A stretch of DNA of 64,000 nt from an uncultured Actinomycetota bacterium (lineage in GTDB: Bacteria; Actinomycetota; UBA4738; HRBIN12): assembly GCA_963842295.1 (NCBI GenBank), contig CAWJFY010000007.1, positions 18,994-82,993 of the forward strand, written 5' to 3'. Every line of letters starts with the position of its first letter. Positions within the stretch are counted from its first letter, which is position 1. The position numbers and the translations under genes are program-made. Shown piece after piece: positions 9,922 through 18,721 of this stretch. The notes beneath the pieces are model-generated. The model was not told the DNA's origin. It was given only the letters and a program-made list of their open reading frames with translations, and did no database searches.

Positions 9922-11534
9922 GATGCGGACCGTTGTGGTTCCCTCCCATCCACGGGCAGCAACATGTGGAACGTTGCGCCCCCCTCATCAGAATCCACCC
10001 AGATACGTCCTCCATGTGCCTCAACCACGCGGCGGGTGATGAAGAGGCCAAGGCCGTTTCCATTCCCCGCCCGCGACCCCGCTCCGCCACGAACGAACGG
10101 GTCGAAGATGACCCCGCGTTCCGCGAGAGGGACGCCGGGCCCTTGGTCGCCTACGCTCACGCGTACGGCTCCGTGTTCATCCGTCACGTGAACACTCACG
10201 ACGCCACCTGGATCCGAATAGAGCACCGCGTTCCGCACCAGGTTCACGACGGCTGCCCGCAGGTGCGTCGGATCCGCCAGGGCCATGATCGGCGGCGGTG
10301 CGACGACCAGGACCGTACCGTCGGCCCCGTGGAGGAGTCGGTAGGTCGCAACGGCGTCCTCAACCAGCTGGGCCACGTCGACGTAGCGTGGGCTCAGCTC
10401 GTTGCCTCCTGTCGCCCACCCGAGGATCCCCTCCGTGTCCGTGGCGAGCTGGTCGAGCTCGCGAACCGAGAGTCGGAGCAACGCTTCGTCCCGCGATGCG
10501 CCACGGCCGACGACGCTCTCGAGCGCGGCCTTCACCCCGAGGATGGGCGTGCGCAGCTCATGCGCCGTCCAGGCCAATCCGACGTTCAGTTCCGACGTTC
10601 GTTGCTCTTCCCTCGCCGACGCGGACAGCAACGGAAGGGTGTCGTCGATCAGTGAGGCGATCATCTCGACCCGTCGTTGCAAGAGCGGCCCATCGTTCGC
10701 AACGAACAAGAGCGCGTCACCCGCTTCGCGAACGGTGGCCTGGCTGGCTCCCACCGCATCGGCGAATCGCTCGCTGAGGTCGGCCCGCTGACGCGACGTC
10801 GTCCTCGCCCAGGGAAGGACCGGGCCCATACGCTGCTCGAGCCGCTCGCAGTCTCCGGGGTTCAGACCCGCGACGGACGTGAGGGCACGAGGACCGTGAT
10901 CCTCGCCCCACCAGATGGCGACGGGCGCACGGAACTCGCGCCAGAGGGCGCCCGCGACCATCCGGAGAGCCATCTCCGGGCCGTCGGCGTGCAGGAGATC
11001 CCGACCGATCCCCGCGACTCCCTCGAGAGCCTCCACCTCCCGTTCCAACTCTCCGCGTTCGGCCAGCCCCGCGAGCACACCCGCCAACTGACAGGCGATA
11101 GCAGCCAGCATGCCGGATCGCTCCAGGAGGGCATCTCGTCGTGCCTGGACCTCGAGGACCCCCAACGAGGTCTCCCGCCAGACCAGGGGGAAGAACGCCA
11201 CTCTCGTGTCCGCCGCTCGGAGGTCGAGATGGGAGTAGACCCTCGTTTGGAAGGCCACCCGCCGTGCCGTCAGCTGCGCACGGCCCTGATGGGCTCCGGC
11301 TCCCTCGCGCCAAGCGGCTCGAAGACGGCCGGCAGCATCGGGCCTGGAGATCTGCACAGCCGCTTCAGGACCCACGATCTCCCGGATCCATCCGCTGGCA
11401 GAGGCGGCGGCTTCATCGGGATGGTGCGCCGAAGCCAGTGCGTAGGAAAGGCTCTCAACTACGCTTCCGACGGCATCCGCCGATGTGACGTCCGGATCAA
11501 GGTCCGAACCACGCCAGGGGGAGCTGGCCGCCAC
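9918..11534 (-). CDS. Sensor histidine kinase (GAF-type N-terminal region, HisKA + HATPase_c)
   Basis: H-box HELRTPILGV; N/G boxes NLVRNAVLYS, GDQGPGVP, GNGLGLFI. Confidence 0.85.
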   Translation of the reverse strand: MAASSPWRGSDLDPDVTSADAVGSVVESLSYALASAHHPDEAAASASGWIREIVGPEAAVQISRPDAAGRLRAAWREGAGAHQGRAQLTARRVAFQTRVYSHLDLRAADTRVAFFPLVWRETSLGVLEVQARRDALLERSGMLAAIACQLAGVLAGLAERGELEREVEALEGVAGIGRDLLHADGPEMALRMVAGALWREFRAPVAIWWGEDHGPRALTSVAGLNPGDCERLEQRMGPVLPWARTTSRQRADLSERFADAVGASQATVREAGDALLFVANDGPLLQRRVEMIASLIDDTLPLLSASAREEQRTSELNVGLAWTAHELRTPILGVKAALESVVGRGASRDEALLRLSVRELDQLATDTEGILGWATGGNELSPRYVDVAQLVEDAVATYRLLHGADGTVLVVAPPPIMALADPTHLRAAVVNLVRNAVLYSDPGGVVSVHVTDEHGAVRVSVGDQGPGVPLAERGVIFDPFVRGGAGSRAGNGNGLGLFITRRVVEAHGGRIWVDSDEGGATFHMLLPVDGREPQRSAS

Positions 11535-11979
11535 TCTCCGCTTCCTTTCTCCATCGTCGGAACAGTGCTGACGATAATCTTTCCCGGTGATCAGCGGAGT
11601 AGTCGTCCGGGGGTTTTTGTCCCCCGCATGGACCTACTGCACCCTAGGAAATCTCCGCCATTCAGACTAGCTACAACAACGTAGGCGCAACCCTACAACG
11701 CGGAAGGTGTTCTGGAAAGCCCTTTCCGGAAAATTGCTTCCGACACCTCGACAAGGCGGGATCCGGTTGCACGGCCCATCATGTCGGCCACTGCTCGGCT
11801 TCGTGCACCGCCTCCGAAACCACGGAGCGCGTCCGACCGTGTGCCCTTCTGCGAATCACGCCGCTTCCGCAGGAAACCTACGTTGCAAAGCCCCCGCGCC
11901 TCAGATAGCGGTGATAGACAATGAGGGTCTACATTGCTCCTCACCCCCCAAGAGTAACCATGTAGAGGACCGGGCAAGC

Positions 11980-12465
11980 ATGGGAACCATGGCGCAGGAG
12001 ATCGGGCGGGCGCTCCGTCGTGCTCGGCTCGCGCGCAGGATGACGCTCAAGGACCTCGCGGATGCGTCTGCCGACAGGTTCCGACCGACGTCCGTCGCGG
12101 GGTACGAGCGCGGTGAACGGAAGATCTCGCTGGTGCGCTTCTGTGAGCTGTGCCGGTTATTGGACGTTCCTCCCGAACGCGTGCTCGGCGAGATCCTCCG
12201 AGCTGTCGAAGGACGCTCGGAACCCGGGATCGATCTGACGAAGCTCGAGCGACTGGCAACGCCGGAGAGTGAGCTCATCACGGGGTTCATCCGCCAGGTG
12301 CTCTCGCAACGAGGGGAACTGGACGTCGAAGCGGTCGTCCTTCGAGCCGGAGATGTCGAAGTGCTCGCATCGGCTTCCGGGCGCAGACCGGATGAGCTCA
12401 TCGACCTCGTGAGCTCCGCACGGTCCGGCCGGGATCCGGATGCTCACCGGGACGAGTCCGGTTGA
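11980..12465 (+). CDS. XRE-family (Cro/C1-type) HTH transcriptional regulator
   Basis: ATG at 11980 in frame within ORF 11707..12465. LARRMTLKDLADASADRFRPTSVAGYERGERKISLVRFCELCRLL HTH_XRE signature. Confidence 0.65.
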   Translation: MGTMAQEIGRALRRARLARRMTLKDLADASADRFRPTSVAGYERGERKISLVRFCELCRLLDVPPERVLGEILRAVEGRSEPGIDLTKLERLATPESELITGFIRQVLSQRGELDVEAVVLRAGDVEVLASASGRRPDELIDLVSSARSGRDPDAHRDESG

Positions 12466-13412
12466 GGGCCCCGAAGGTACTCGACCGTTCGCTCGAGCCC
12501 TGACCGAAGATCGGTCTGAGGCCTCCATCCGAGCACCGACGCCGCGAGCGCGTTGTCGAGCGCGATCTTGCGAAGTTCTCCCTCGGGCTGTGGCCCGTAG
12601 GCGGGGGCGGGTCGTATCCCGACGATGTCGGCCAGCATCGCGTGGAGGGTGTTGACCGAGGTCTCGAGACCCGTTCCGATGTTGACCATCGCTCCCGAAG
12701 CACGGTCCAGCGCGGCGAAGAACGCGTTCACCGTGTCCTCGACGAACACGTAGTCTCGCGTCTGTTCCCCGTCTCCGAAGATCGTCGGGGTCCCGCCGGC
12801 GAGCATCGATGACCCGAAGATCGCGATCACGCCGGCCTCCCCCGTCGGATCCTGGCGAGGCCCGTAGACGTTCCCGAGCGCGAGAGCGGTGAAGTCCAAT
12901 CCGCGCTGACGCGAGTAGAAGCCCAGGTACTCGAGCACCACCTTCTTGCTGATGCCGTAAGGAGATTCCGGATGGGAACCGTCGGCCGATGATTCGCGCA
13001 CCGGCAGACTCGTCGGTTCCCCGTAGACCGTCCCGCCCGACGCGGCGTAGACGAGCTTGCGGGACCCCATCGCCGATGCGCACCTCAGCACGTTCAGCGT
13101 GCCCAAGATGTTCACGCCGGCATCGTGATCGGGATCCTCGAGCGACGGCCGAACTCCGGCCTGCGCAGCGAGGTGCATCACGACCTCGGGTCGGTGACGG
13201 GTGAAGAGCTCGAGGAGTCGTTCAGAGCGAACATCCACCTCCTCGAAGGTGAACGCCTTCCCGTGGCCGAACGCGTCCGCCAGATTCTCCCTCCGACCCG
13301 TGGCAAGATCGTCCACGGCGACCACGTGACGACCTTCCGCGAGCAATCGGTCGCAGAGATGGGAACCGATGAACCCTGCTCCACCGGTGACGAGGACGGG
13401 CCGTTCGCTCAT
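12444..13412 (-). CDS. NAD-dependent epimerase/dehydratase (UDP-glucose 4-epimerase-like)
   Basis: ATG at 13412: [24 protein letters not shown]; YGISK catalytic motif. The upstream 31-aa extension in the track ORF is unlikely to be real. Confidence 0.8.
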   Translation of the reverse strand: MSERPVLVTGGAGFIGSHLCDRLLAEGRHVVAVDDLATGRRENLADAFGHGKAFTFEEVDVRSERLLELFTRHRPEVVMHLAAQAGVRPSLEDPDHDAGVNILGTLNVLRCASAMGSRKLVYAASGGTVYGEPTSLPVRESSADGSHPESPYGISKKVVLEYLGFYSRQRGLDFTALALGNVYGPRQDPTGEAGVIAIFGSSMLAGGTPTIFGDGEQTRDYVFVEDTVNAFFAALDRASGAMVNIGTGLETSVNTLHAMLADIVGIRPAPAYGPQPEGELRKIALDNALAASVLGWRPQTDLRSGLERTVEYLRGPQPDSSR

Positions 13413-13575
13413 CGAGGCACCATAGCAAGCATCACCCCTGGTCAGAGGGCCTGGTGACCAACGTAGGCCGAAGCCCCGATGGTCGTGGGTGGACCCGCGT
13501 GCCACGTTTGCATCGGATGTGTCCTGGGTAACGCCCAGAGGACACCGGAGATGTCCCGTCGTCTCGCGTGGGTAG

Positions 13576-14475
13576 GTGCCGAATCTCTTGACCCCCCGTC
13601 AACCTCAGAAGATCCGGAGATCAGTGGGCCTCACCCTGGTCGTCATGCTTGCGGCCCTGGTGGCTCATGGCCTCGCCCTTTCCGCCCCCCGCCTGCAACG
13701 GACGCGAACGATCCGCACGACCCCGTTCGCGAACAGGAACGTCTCGATGAGGGACAACGAAGGCAGCGCGTACGTGCCGCGCAACAAGTCCCTGTGGCTG
13801 GCGGACGACAACGGGCGGGCCGTGTTCGAGGTGAATCCCTCGACGGGAGCCTTGAAGCGGGGCATCGGGAGGAAGCACTTCGAGACCGCCAGGCGGCAGG
13901 GCGGCGGCCCGATCGCGGGTGTCGATCGGACACGTGACTTCGAAAGCATCGCCTACGACCGCGCCCACGACGCGCTCTACGTCTTCTCGAGCACGTGCTG
14001 TGCGCCGTCCGTGCTGCCCACGGCGTTCCGACTGAAGCGGAAACCCAACGGTGTCTTCCGCGTGGCCTCGTACCAACCCTTGCCGGACGGCACGAAGATC
14101 AGCGCCGCCGCGTGGAACCCCGCGAACGGCAGGCTCTTCGTCGGCATCGGCAGGGACCTGCGAACCTACGACTACGCCAGGAACAGCCTTGGCCCTGTCT
14201 TCCGCGTTCCCAGCCTCACCGGCATCTCGGGGATGGGCTTCTCCCCCAACGGCCGCTCCCTCTACGTCACGACCAGCGCAGAGCAGCTCCGTCGCGTGCG
14301 CTGGGCCACCAAGAGGCTCTTTCCGGGGTGGACCATCGCGCTCACGGCATTCGGGATCCATGACAGCCGGGCCGTCGAAGTGATCGATGGCCGGTTCTAC
14401 GTGGTCGATGGCGACGACGCGCGATCCAAGGCCGACCCGCTCAGGTACGCCGTGCACGTTCTCAGGCCCCGCTAG
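13576..14475 (+). CDS. Secreted hypothetical protein, beta-propeller-like (resembles SdiA-regulated/YjiK-type family)
   Basis: N-terminal signal peptide (VGLTLVVMLAALVAHGLALSAP); repeated beta-rich segments. Family assignment is tentative. Confidence 0.5.
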   Translation: MPNLLTPRQPQKIRRSVGLTLVVMLAALVAHGLALSAPRLQRTRTIRTTPFANRNVSMRDNEGSAYVPRNKSLWLADDNGRAVFEVNPSTGALKRGIGRKHFETARRQGGGPIAGVDRTRDFESIAYDRAHDALYVFSSTCCAPSVLPTAFRLKRKPNGVFRVASYQPLPDGTKISAAAWNPANGRLFVGIGRDLRTYDYARNSLGPVFRVPSLTGISGMGFSPNGRSLYVTTSAEQLRRVRWATKRLFPGWTIALTAFGIHDSRAVEVIDGRFYVVDGDDARSKADPLRYAVHVLRPR

Positions 14476-14520
14476 CCCCCTCCTGGCGACGGTCAGCGGA
14501 TGTCACCGCCACTCCTGGTG

Positions 14521-14706
14521 CTAGGCGAGCTTCGCCACTGCCCAGATCAGGCCGCCCCAAGCGGGGAGACCTACGGCGATGGCGACGAGGGCGCCGCGGA
14601 AGAACGCCGACGGATCCTCCAGGAACTCCTGCTCGGTCCTGGGCCTCATCTTCGCTGCGTAAGCGAGCTCCTCGATCATGCGGTCCCCCTTCGTGAAGTC
14701 GCTCAT
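14521..14706 (-). CDS. Small membrane protein (61 aa)
   Basis: ATG at 14706: MSDFTKGDRMIEELAYAAKMRPRTEQEFLEDPSAFFRGALVAIAVGLPAWGGLIWAVAKLA. One C-terminal TM helix. The remainder of ORF 14521..15264 is antisense to nei. Confidence 0.45.
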   Translation of the reverse strand: MSDFTKGDRMIEELAYAAKMRPRTEQEFLEDPSAFFRGALVAIAVGLPAWGGLIWAVAKLA

Positions 14707-14839
14707 ACAGGATGACTCGGCATGAAGGGACGCTCGCTGTACGGCGGATGAACAGGAAAAGAAGGATAGGCGAGCACGAGGAGCACTCGAGGGTGGGTGG
14801 ATCTCGTCGCTCGCCGACCGGTTACCGGATGATGTCGGC

Positions 14840-15637
14840 GTGGCAGAAGGCGACACCGTGATCGCGACCGCCGCCCGGCTGCATGAGGCGCTCGCGGGAC
14901 GGCTCCTCACGCGAACCGACTTCCGGGTTCCCCGCTTCGCGACGGCCGATCTCTCCGGCCAGGCCGTCCGCGAGGTCGTGTCGCGAGGCAAGCATCTTCT
15001 CGTGCGCACGGACGGCGCGGTTTCCGTCCACTCCCACCTCGGGATGGACGGCGCGTGGCGCCTGTACACGCCCGGCGAGCGGTGGCGAGGGCGCTCCTTC
15101 GAGGTCCGAGGCGTGCTCGAGACCGAGCGGCTGATCGCGGTCGGGCATCGGTTGCGCAGGCTCGAGGTGCTCCGGACCTCAGCGGAGGCGGACGTGCTGG
15201 ACCATCTCGGCCCCGACGTCCTGGGACCGGACTGGGACCCCGCCGAGGCGGCCCGCAGGCTCACGGCGTCTCCGGAGCGGGAGCTGGGCGAGGCTCTCGT
15301 CGATCAGTCGGTGATGGCGGGCCCCGGCAATGTCTATAGGTCGGAGGTGTGCTTCCTGGCCGGGATCGACCCGCGAACACACATCGGAGAAGTCCCGGAC
15401 CCGACGGAGCTCGTCGATCTCATGAAGTCGCTGATGGAACGCAACCGCGCCGGAGGGAGGCGGGTGACCACGGACGATCCCCGGCGAGGCCACGAGCTGT
15501 GGGTCTACGGCCGGCGAGGCCGACCGTGCCGGCGGTGCGGAACTTCTGTCCTCTCGTTCATGCAAGGTTCTGTCGGCGAGGAGCGTGTGGCCTACGTGTG
15601 CCCACGCTGCCAACCGCCGCGGGGCACCATCGCCTAG
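14840..15637 (+). CDS. nei: Endonuclease VIII-like DNA glycosylase (Fpg/Nei family, Nei2-like)
   Basis: GTG start: M-AEGDTVIATAARLHEALAGRLLTRTDF (Nei PEGD-type N-terminus, but Ala replaces the catalytic Pro2). H2TH region; C-terminal zinc finger CRRCG...CPRC. Confidence 0.75.
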   Translation: MAEGDTVIATAARLHEALAGRLLTRTDFRVPRFATADLSGQAVREVVSRGKHLLVRTDGAVSVHSHLGMDGAWRLYTPGERWRGRSFEVRGVLETERLIAVGHRLRRLEVLRTSAEADVLDHLGPDVLGPDWDPAEAARRLTASPERELGEALVDQSVMAGPGNVYRSEVCFLAGIDPRTHIGEVPDPTELVDLMKSLMERNRAGGRRVTTDDPRRGHELWVYGRRGRPCRRCGTSVLSFMQGSVGEERVAYVCPRCQPPRGTIA

Positions 15638-17193
15638 CTGACGACCGACCGACTTCCAGCGAGGGTCGTGTGGAGATCGCCGGAATCGACGGCAGCGCCG
15701 TTCGCAACCGCGACTCGACGTCCACGTCGTCCCCTTCCTCGGGAGATCAGGGTCCGTGGCACCGCCACTTCACAACCGACGGCCTCTGTTTCCCAGTCGA
15801 GGCAGTGGTCGGTCCCAGGTCCGCCCCTCGATGAGTCGCTGTCGTCGTTGCCCATCAGAAGGTCGTCGCCCCCTTGGCCACGTAGGGCATCGTGTCCGAA
15901 CCCGCCGGCGATCCGATCGTTCCCTGTGCCTCCCAGGATCAGGTCGTCGCCGTCATCGCCATAGATGGCGTCGTCGTCCGGGCCGGCGTCAACGGTGTCC
16001 ACCCCCGCGCCTCCGTGTATGACGTCATTCCCGGACCCACCGGCGATCATGTCATCGCCCAATCGGGCGCCGAGCGCGTCGTTGCCCAGGCCACCCATCA
16101 GCACATCGGTCTCGCCGCCTCGGCCACCGTCGCAGAAGTCGTTCCCCGCTCCACCCAGCAGCGTGTCGGCACCGAACTGACCGAGGAGGGCATCGTGTCC
16201 GAACCCACCTGCGAGCCGATCTCTCCCCTCCCCCCCGTCCAGCACGTCCATCCCGTATCCACCGCAGACCCAGTCGTTCCCTCCAGCTCCCACAACGATG
16301 TCGTTCCCTCCGAGAGCGGATATCACGTCGGGACCTTTCGTGCCCAAAAGCCGATCATCGCCCTGCGTTCCCACGATCGTCGGGGATCTGCCGCCGCAGC
16401 GGCGGGCCGATCGATGCGTGTGGGGGGAACGCTCGCATCCAGGCCTGCGTTCGCTCTGTAGGCACAGGTCCCGATCGGCACCTCCCGTCGCCACATCGAA
16501 CCCCTTGCCTCCGAAGAGGATGTCGTGTCCCTCCTCTCCGAATAGCCGGTCGCGATGGTCCAGCCCGTAGAGGAGATCGGCGCCGCTCCCCGCGATGAGC
16601 CGATCGCCGCCCTCGTCCCCCACGATCATGTCAGCGTCCGTACCACCCTCGAGAAGATCTGCGTCCCCCGCGCCTCGCAGGTAGTCTCGGCCAGGACCGC
16701 CCTTGAGGACGTCGGCCCCCGGACCAGCGTTGATGAGGGCATCGCTGCCGCTCCCGCCGAACAGACTGTCCGAACCGCGGTCCCCGCCCCCCGATGTCAT
16801 GATGTCGTTACCCCCGTTGCCGCTTTGCGTGTCGTTCCCTCCGACACCGAAGAGACCATCGTCGCCCGCGCCACCGAACAGGTGGTCGGCCCCACTGCCT
16901 CCGATGATCTCGTCGTTCCCAGCATCGCCGCAGACCATGTCGTCGCCCTCATACGCGTAGATCACGTCATCGCCGCCAAGGCCAGCGATGACGTCGGCAC
17001 CTTGAGTTCCCACGATGGTGTCACCGTCCGTCGTCCCGACGATCGTGAGGGTCAGGCCACCACACGTCGACTGGGCCACGGCATGTGTGGGGAGGGACAC
17101 GACCGTTGCTCCGGCAAGGCACAGAAGGGTCGCCCACGCGCTCGAGCGGCGGCTCAGTCCAGTCAGGCGCCGGAGGGTTCCCGCGGGCGTCAC
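15634..17193 (-). CDS. Secreted hemolysin-type calcium-binding repeat (RTX-like) protein
   Basis: Signal peptide with RR motif (LRRLTGLSRRSSAWATLLCLAGA). Many GGxGxDxL/I nonapeptide repeats (GGSGADHLFGGAGDDGLFGVGGNDT...). Its 3' end overlaps the nei 3' end by 4 nt (convergent). Confidence 0.8.
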   Translation of the reverse strand: MTPAGTLRRLTGLSRRSSAWATLLCLAGATVVSLPTHAVAQSTCGGLTLTIVGTTDGDTIVGTQGADVIAGLGGDDVIYAYEGDDMVCGDAGNDEIIGGSGADHLFGGAGDDGLFGVGGNDTQSGNGGNDIMTSGGGDRGSDSLFGGSGSDALINAGPGADVLKGGPGRDYLRGAGDADLLEGGTDADMIVGDEGGDRLIAGSGADLLYGLDHRDRLFGEEGHDILFGGKGFDVATGGADRDLCLQSERRPGCERSPHTHRSARRCGGRSPTIVGTQGDDRLLGTKGPDVISALGGNDIVVGAGGNDWVCGGYGMDVLDGGEGRDRLAGGFGHDALLGQFGADTLLGGAGNDFCDGGRGGETDVLMGGLGNDALGARLGDDMIAGGSGNDVIHGGAGVDTVDAGPDDDAIYGDDGDDLILGGTGNDRIAGGFGHDALRGQGGDDLLMGNDDSDSSRGGPGTDHCLDWETEAVGCEVAVPRTLISRGRGRRGRRVAVANGAAVDSGDLHTTLAGSRSVVS

Positions 17194-17455
17194 GGCGCAA
17201 ATCTACCCTCATCGGACCCGGCGACGGCTGCTGGTGGCAACAGATCGGGCGACAACGGGATGCTCGAGCGCGATCGGAAGCAGACGGGCTGGTCGGTCGG
17301 GCAGGCGGCGTGCGGCTCGGCGCGAGCATTCGCGAGTACCGGGAACTCGACGAGGCCGGCACCCGCTGGCCGACGTCTGAAACCTTCCACCGGATCTGCG
17401 ATCTGTTCGAAGGTTCAGGTCCGCGAACGCTAGGTCACTAGGCCGAAACCATCCG

Positions 17456-18340
17456 TCAGTTCTCGCCGTCCGCGAGGAACGGATCAACTGGGCGCCGAAG
17501 GCCGTCACCGTCGAGCGTAGGTCGTCGCTCGCCCCTCCACTGACTAGCGCGCCGAACTTGCCGAGTCTCCCACCACACACGCATGGCCCACCGCTCGGTC
17601 GTCGCCAGCTTCCACACCGTCGACCGCCGTCGCCCAGCAAAGATCGCGAGAGTTCCGGCGACCGCCAGGATGACGCAGATCTGGATGAGGGTCAGCGCCT
17701 CGGAATCGCTGGCGTCGAAGGTGGGTCCGCACTCGGACCCAGGGCAAAGGGACGTACCGTCGGCCGCTCTGACTCGGGCATCTCCGGTTGAGGCGAGTTC
17801 GTTGAGGACCGAAGCCACCGAATGGATCCACGAGCCGATGCTGCCCCGCACGCTCCTCTCATCTTCCGGCACGTCGCCCGAACCATCCTGGGTGCTCTCC
17901 CCGATCATCGACTCTCCCCCAGGATCAAAGGACCCTGTGGATGCCGTCACCGCCGGGTCACCGGTTGCACCCCGTGCCTCGGGTGCGGGGTCCGGCGATG
18001 GAGCTGGTGACGGTTCCGGGGATGGATCTGGTGTCGGTTCCGGCGATGGATCCGGCGAGGGCTCCGGCGAAGGGTCGGGGGTAGGCGAGGGATCGGGTGA
18101 CGGTTCCGGGGATGGATCGGGTGTCGGTTCCGGCGATGGATCCGGCGAGGGCTCCGGCGAAGGGTCGGGGGTAGGCGAGGGATCGGTTTGATCGGACGTC
18201 GAGACAACGGCGTCCACGGTCTCATCGAGGGACGACAACATCTCGGCGCTGGCCGCGGGCGCGAAAGCCCCCAGAGTCAGGATCGCTGCGAGGACTGATA
18301 CAAGCCTGAGCGAGCGACCCCGTTCACTACATCGACGCAT
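17456..18340 (-). CDS. Cell-surface protein with Pro/Ser/Glu/Asp-rich tandem repeats and C-terminal TM anchor
   Basis: Signal peptide MRRCSERGRSLRLVSVLAAILTLGAFAPAASA; (PTPDPSPEPSPDPSPE)n low-complexity repeats; C-terminal hydrophobic helix LIQICVILAVAGTLAIFAGRRRS. Confidence 0.65.
   Translation of the reverse strand: MRRCSERGRSLRLVSVLAAILTLGAFAPAASAEMLSSLDETVDAVVSTSDQTDPSPTPDPSPEPSPDPSPEPTPDPSPEPSPDPSPTPDPSPEPSPDPSPEPTPDPSPEPSPAPSPDPAPEARGATGDPAVTASTGSFDPGGESMIGESTQDGSGDVPEDERSVRGSIGSWIHSVASVLNELASTGDARVRAADGTSLCPGSECGPTFDASDSEALTLIQICVILAVAGTLAIFAGRRRSTVWKLATTERWAMRVWWETRQVRRASQWRGERRPTLDGDGLRRPVDPFLADGEN
18006..18185. repeat. Direct tandem repeat, 2 x 90 bp (one mismatch), built of GGx-GAx-GGx sub-repeats; encodes the PS-rich repeats of the surface protein
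   Basis: 18006-18095 and 18096-18185 are identical except one t/g difference. Degenerate related copies extend back to about 17950. Confidence 0.85.
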
Positions 18341-18586
18341 GCCTACCCCATCACAATGGGGAAGTTTCGCCAGCCGTCAACCGGAGCCATCCTAGTACTC
18401 CTACCCGGGAATGGCCTGGGTGAGCCCAGTAGGCACGATCAACCGGATCACTCTCGGCAGGCGTCGCCGAGCAATGTGCTGGCTGGCACCGTCGGGCCAC
18501 TAGGAGCGTTCGCCCAAATTCGCCCCAAGGATGCGGGCCAGGTTGGAGACCGCATGAGCTCCTGTCCCTGCGACCTGCGACGATCG

Positions 18587-18662
18587 TGGCTCCGGGGGTG
18601 GGACTCGAACCCACAACCTACGGATTAACAGTCCGCCGCTCTGCCAATTGAGCTACCCCGGA
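18587..18662 (-). tRNA. tRNA-Asn (anticodon GTT), CCA encoded
   Basis: Reverse complement gives a 76-nt cloverleaf: 7-bp acceptor stem TCCGGGG/CCCCGGA, D-arm TAGCTCAATTGGCAGAGC, anticodon loop CT-GTT-AA, T-arm GGTTCGAGTCC, discriminator G, then CCA. Confidence 0.85.
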
Positions 18663-18721
18663 AGGTTCAATCTCGGATGCTACCCGACCCACAACCGCGT
18701 TCGCGTCTACGATTCTGCACC

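Noticed and set aside
11608-11626. GGGGG-loop-CCCCC hairpin considered as an intrinsic terminator
   Set aside because: The T-run sits in the loop, not after the stem, on either strand. It lies upstream of both flanking genes, so it is not positioned as a terminator.
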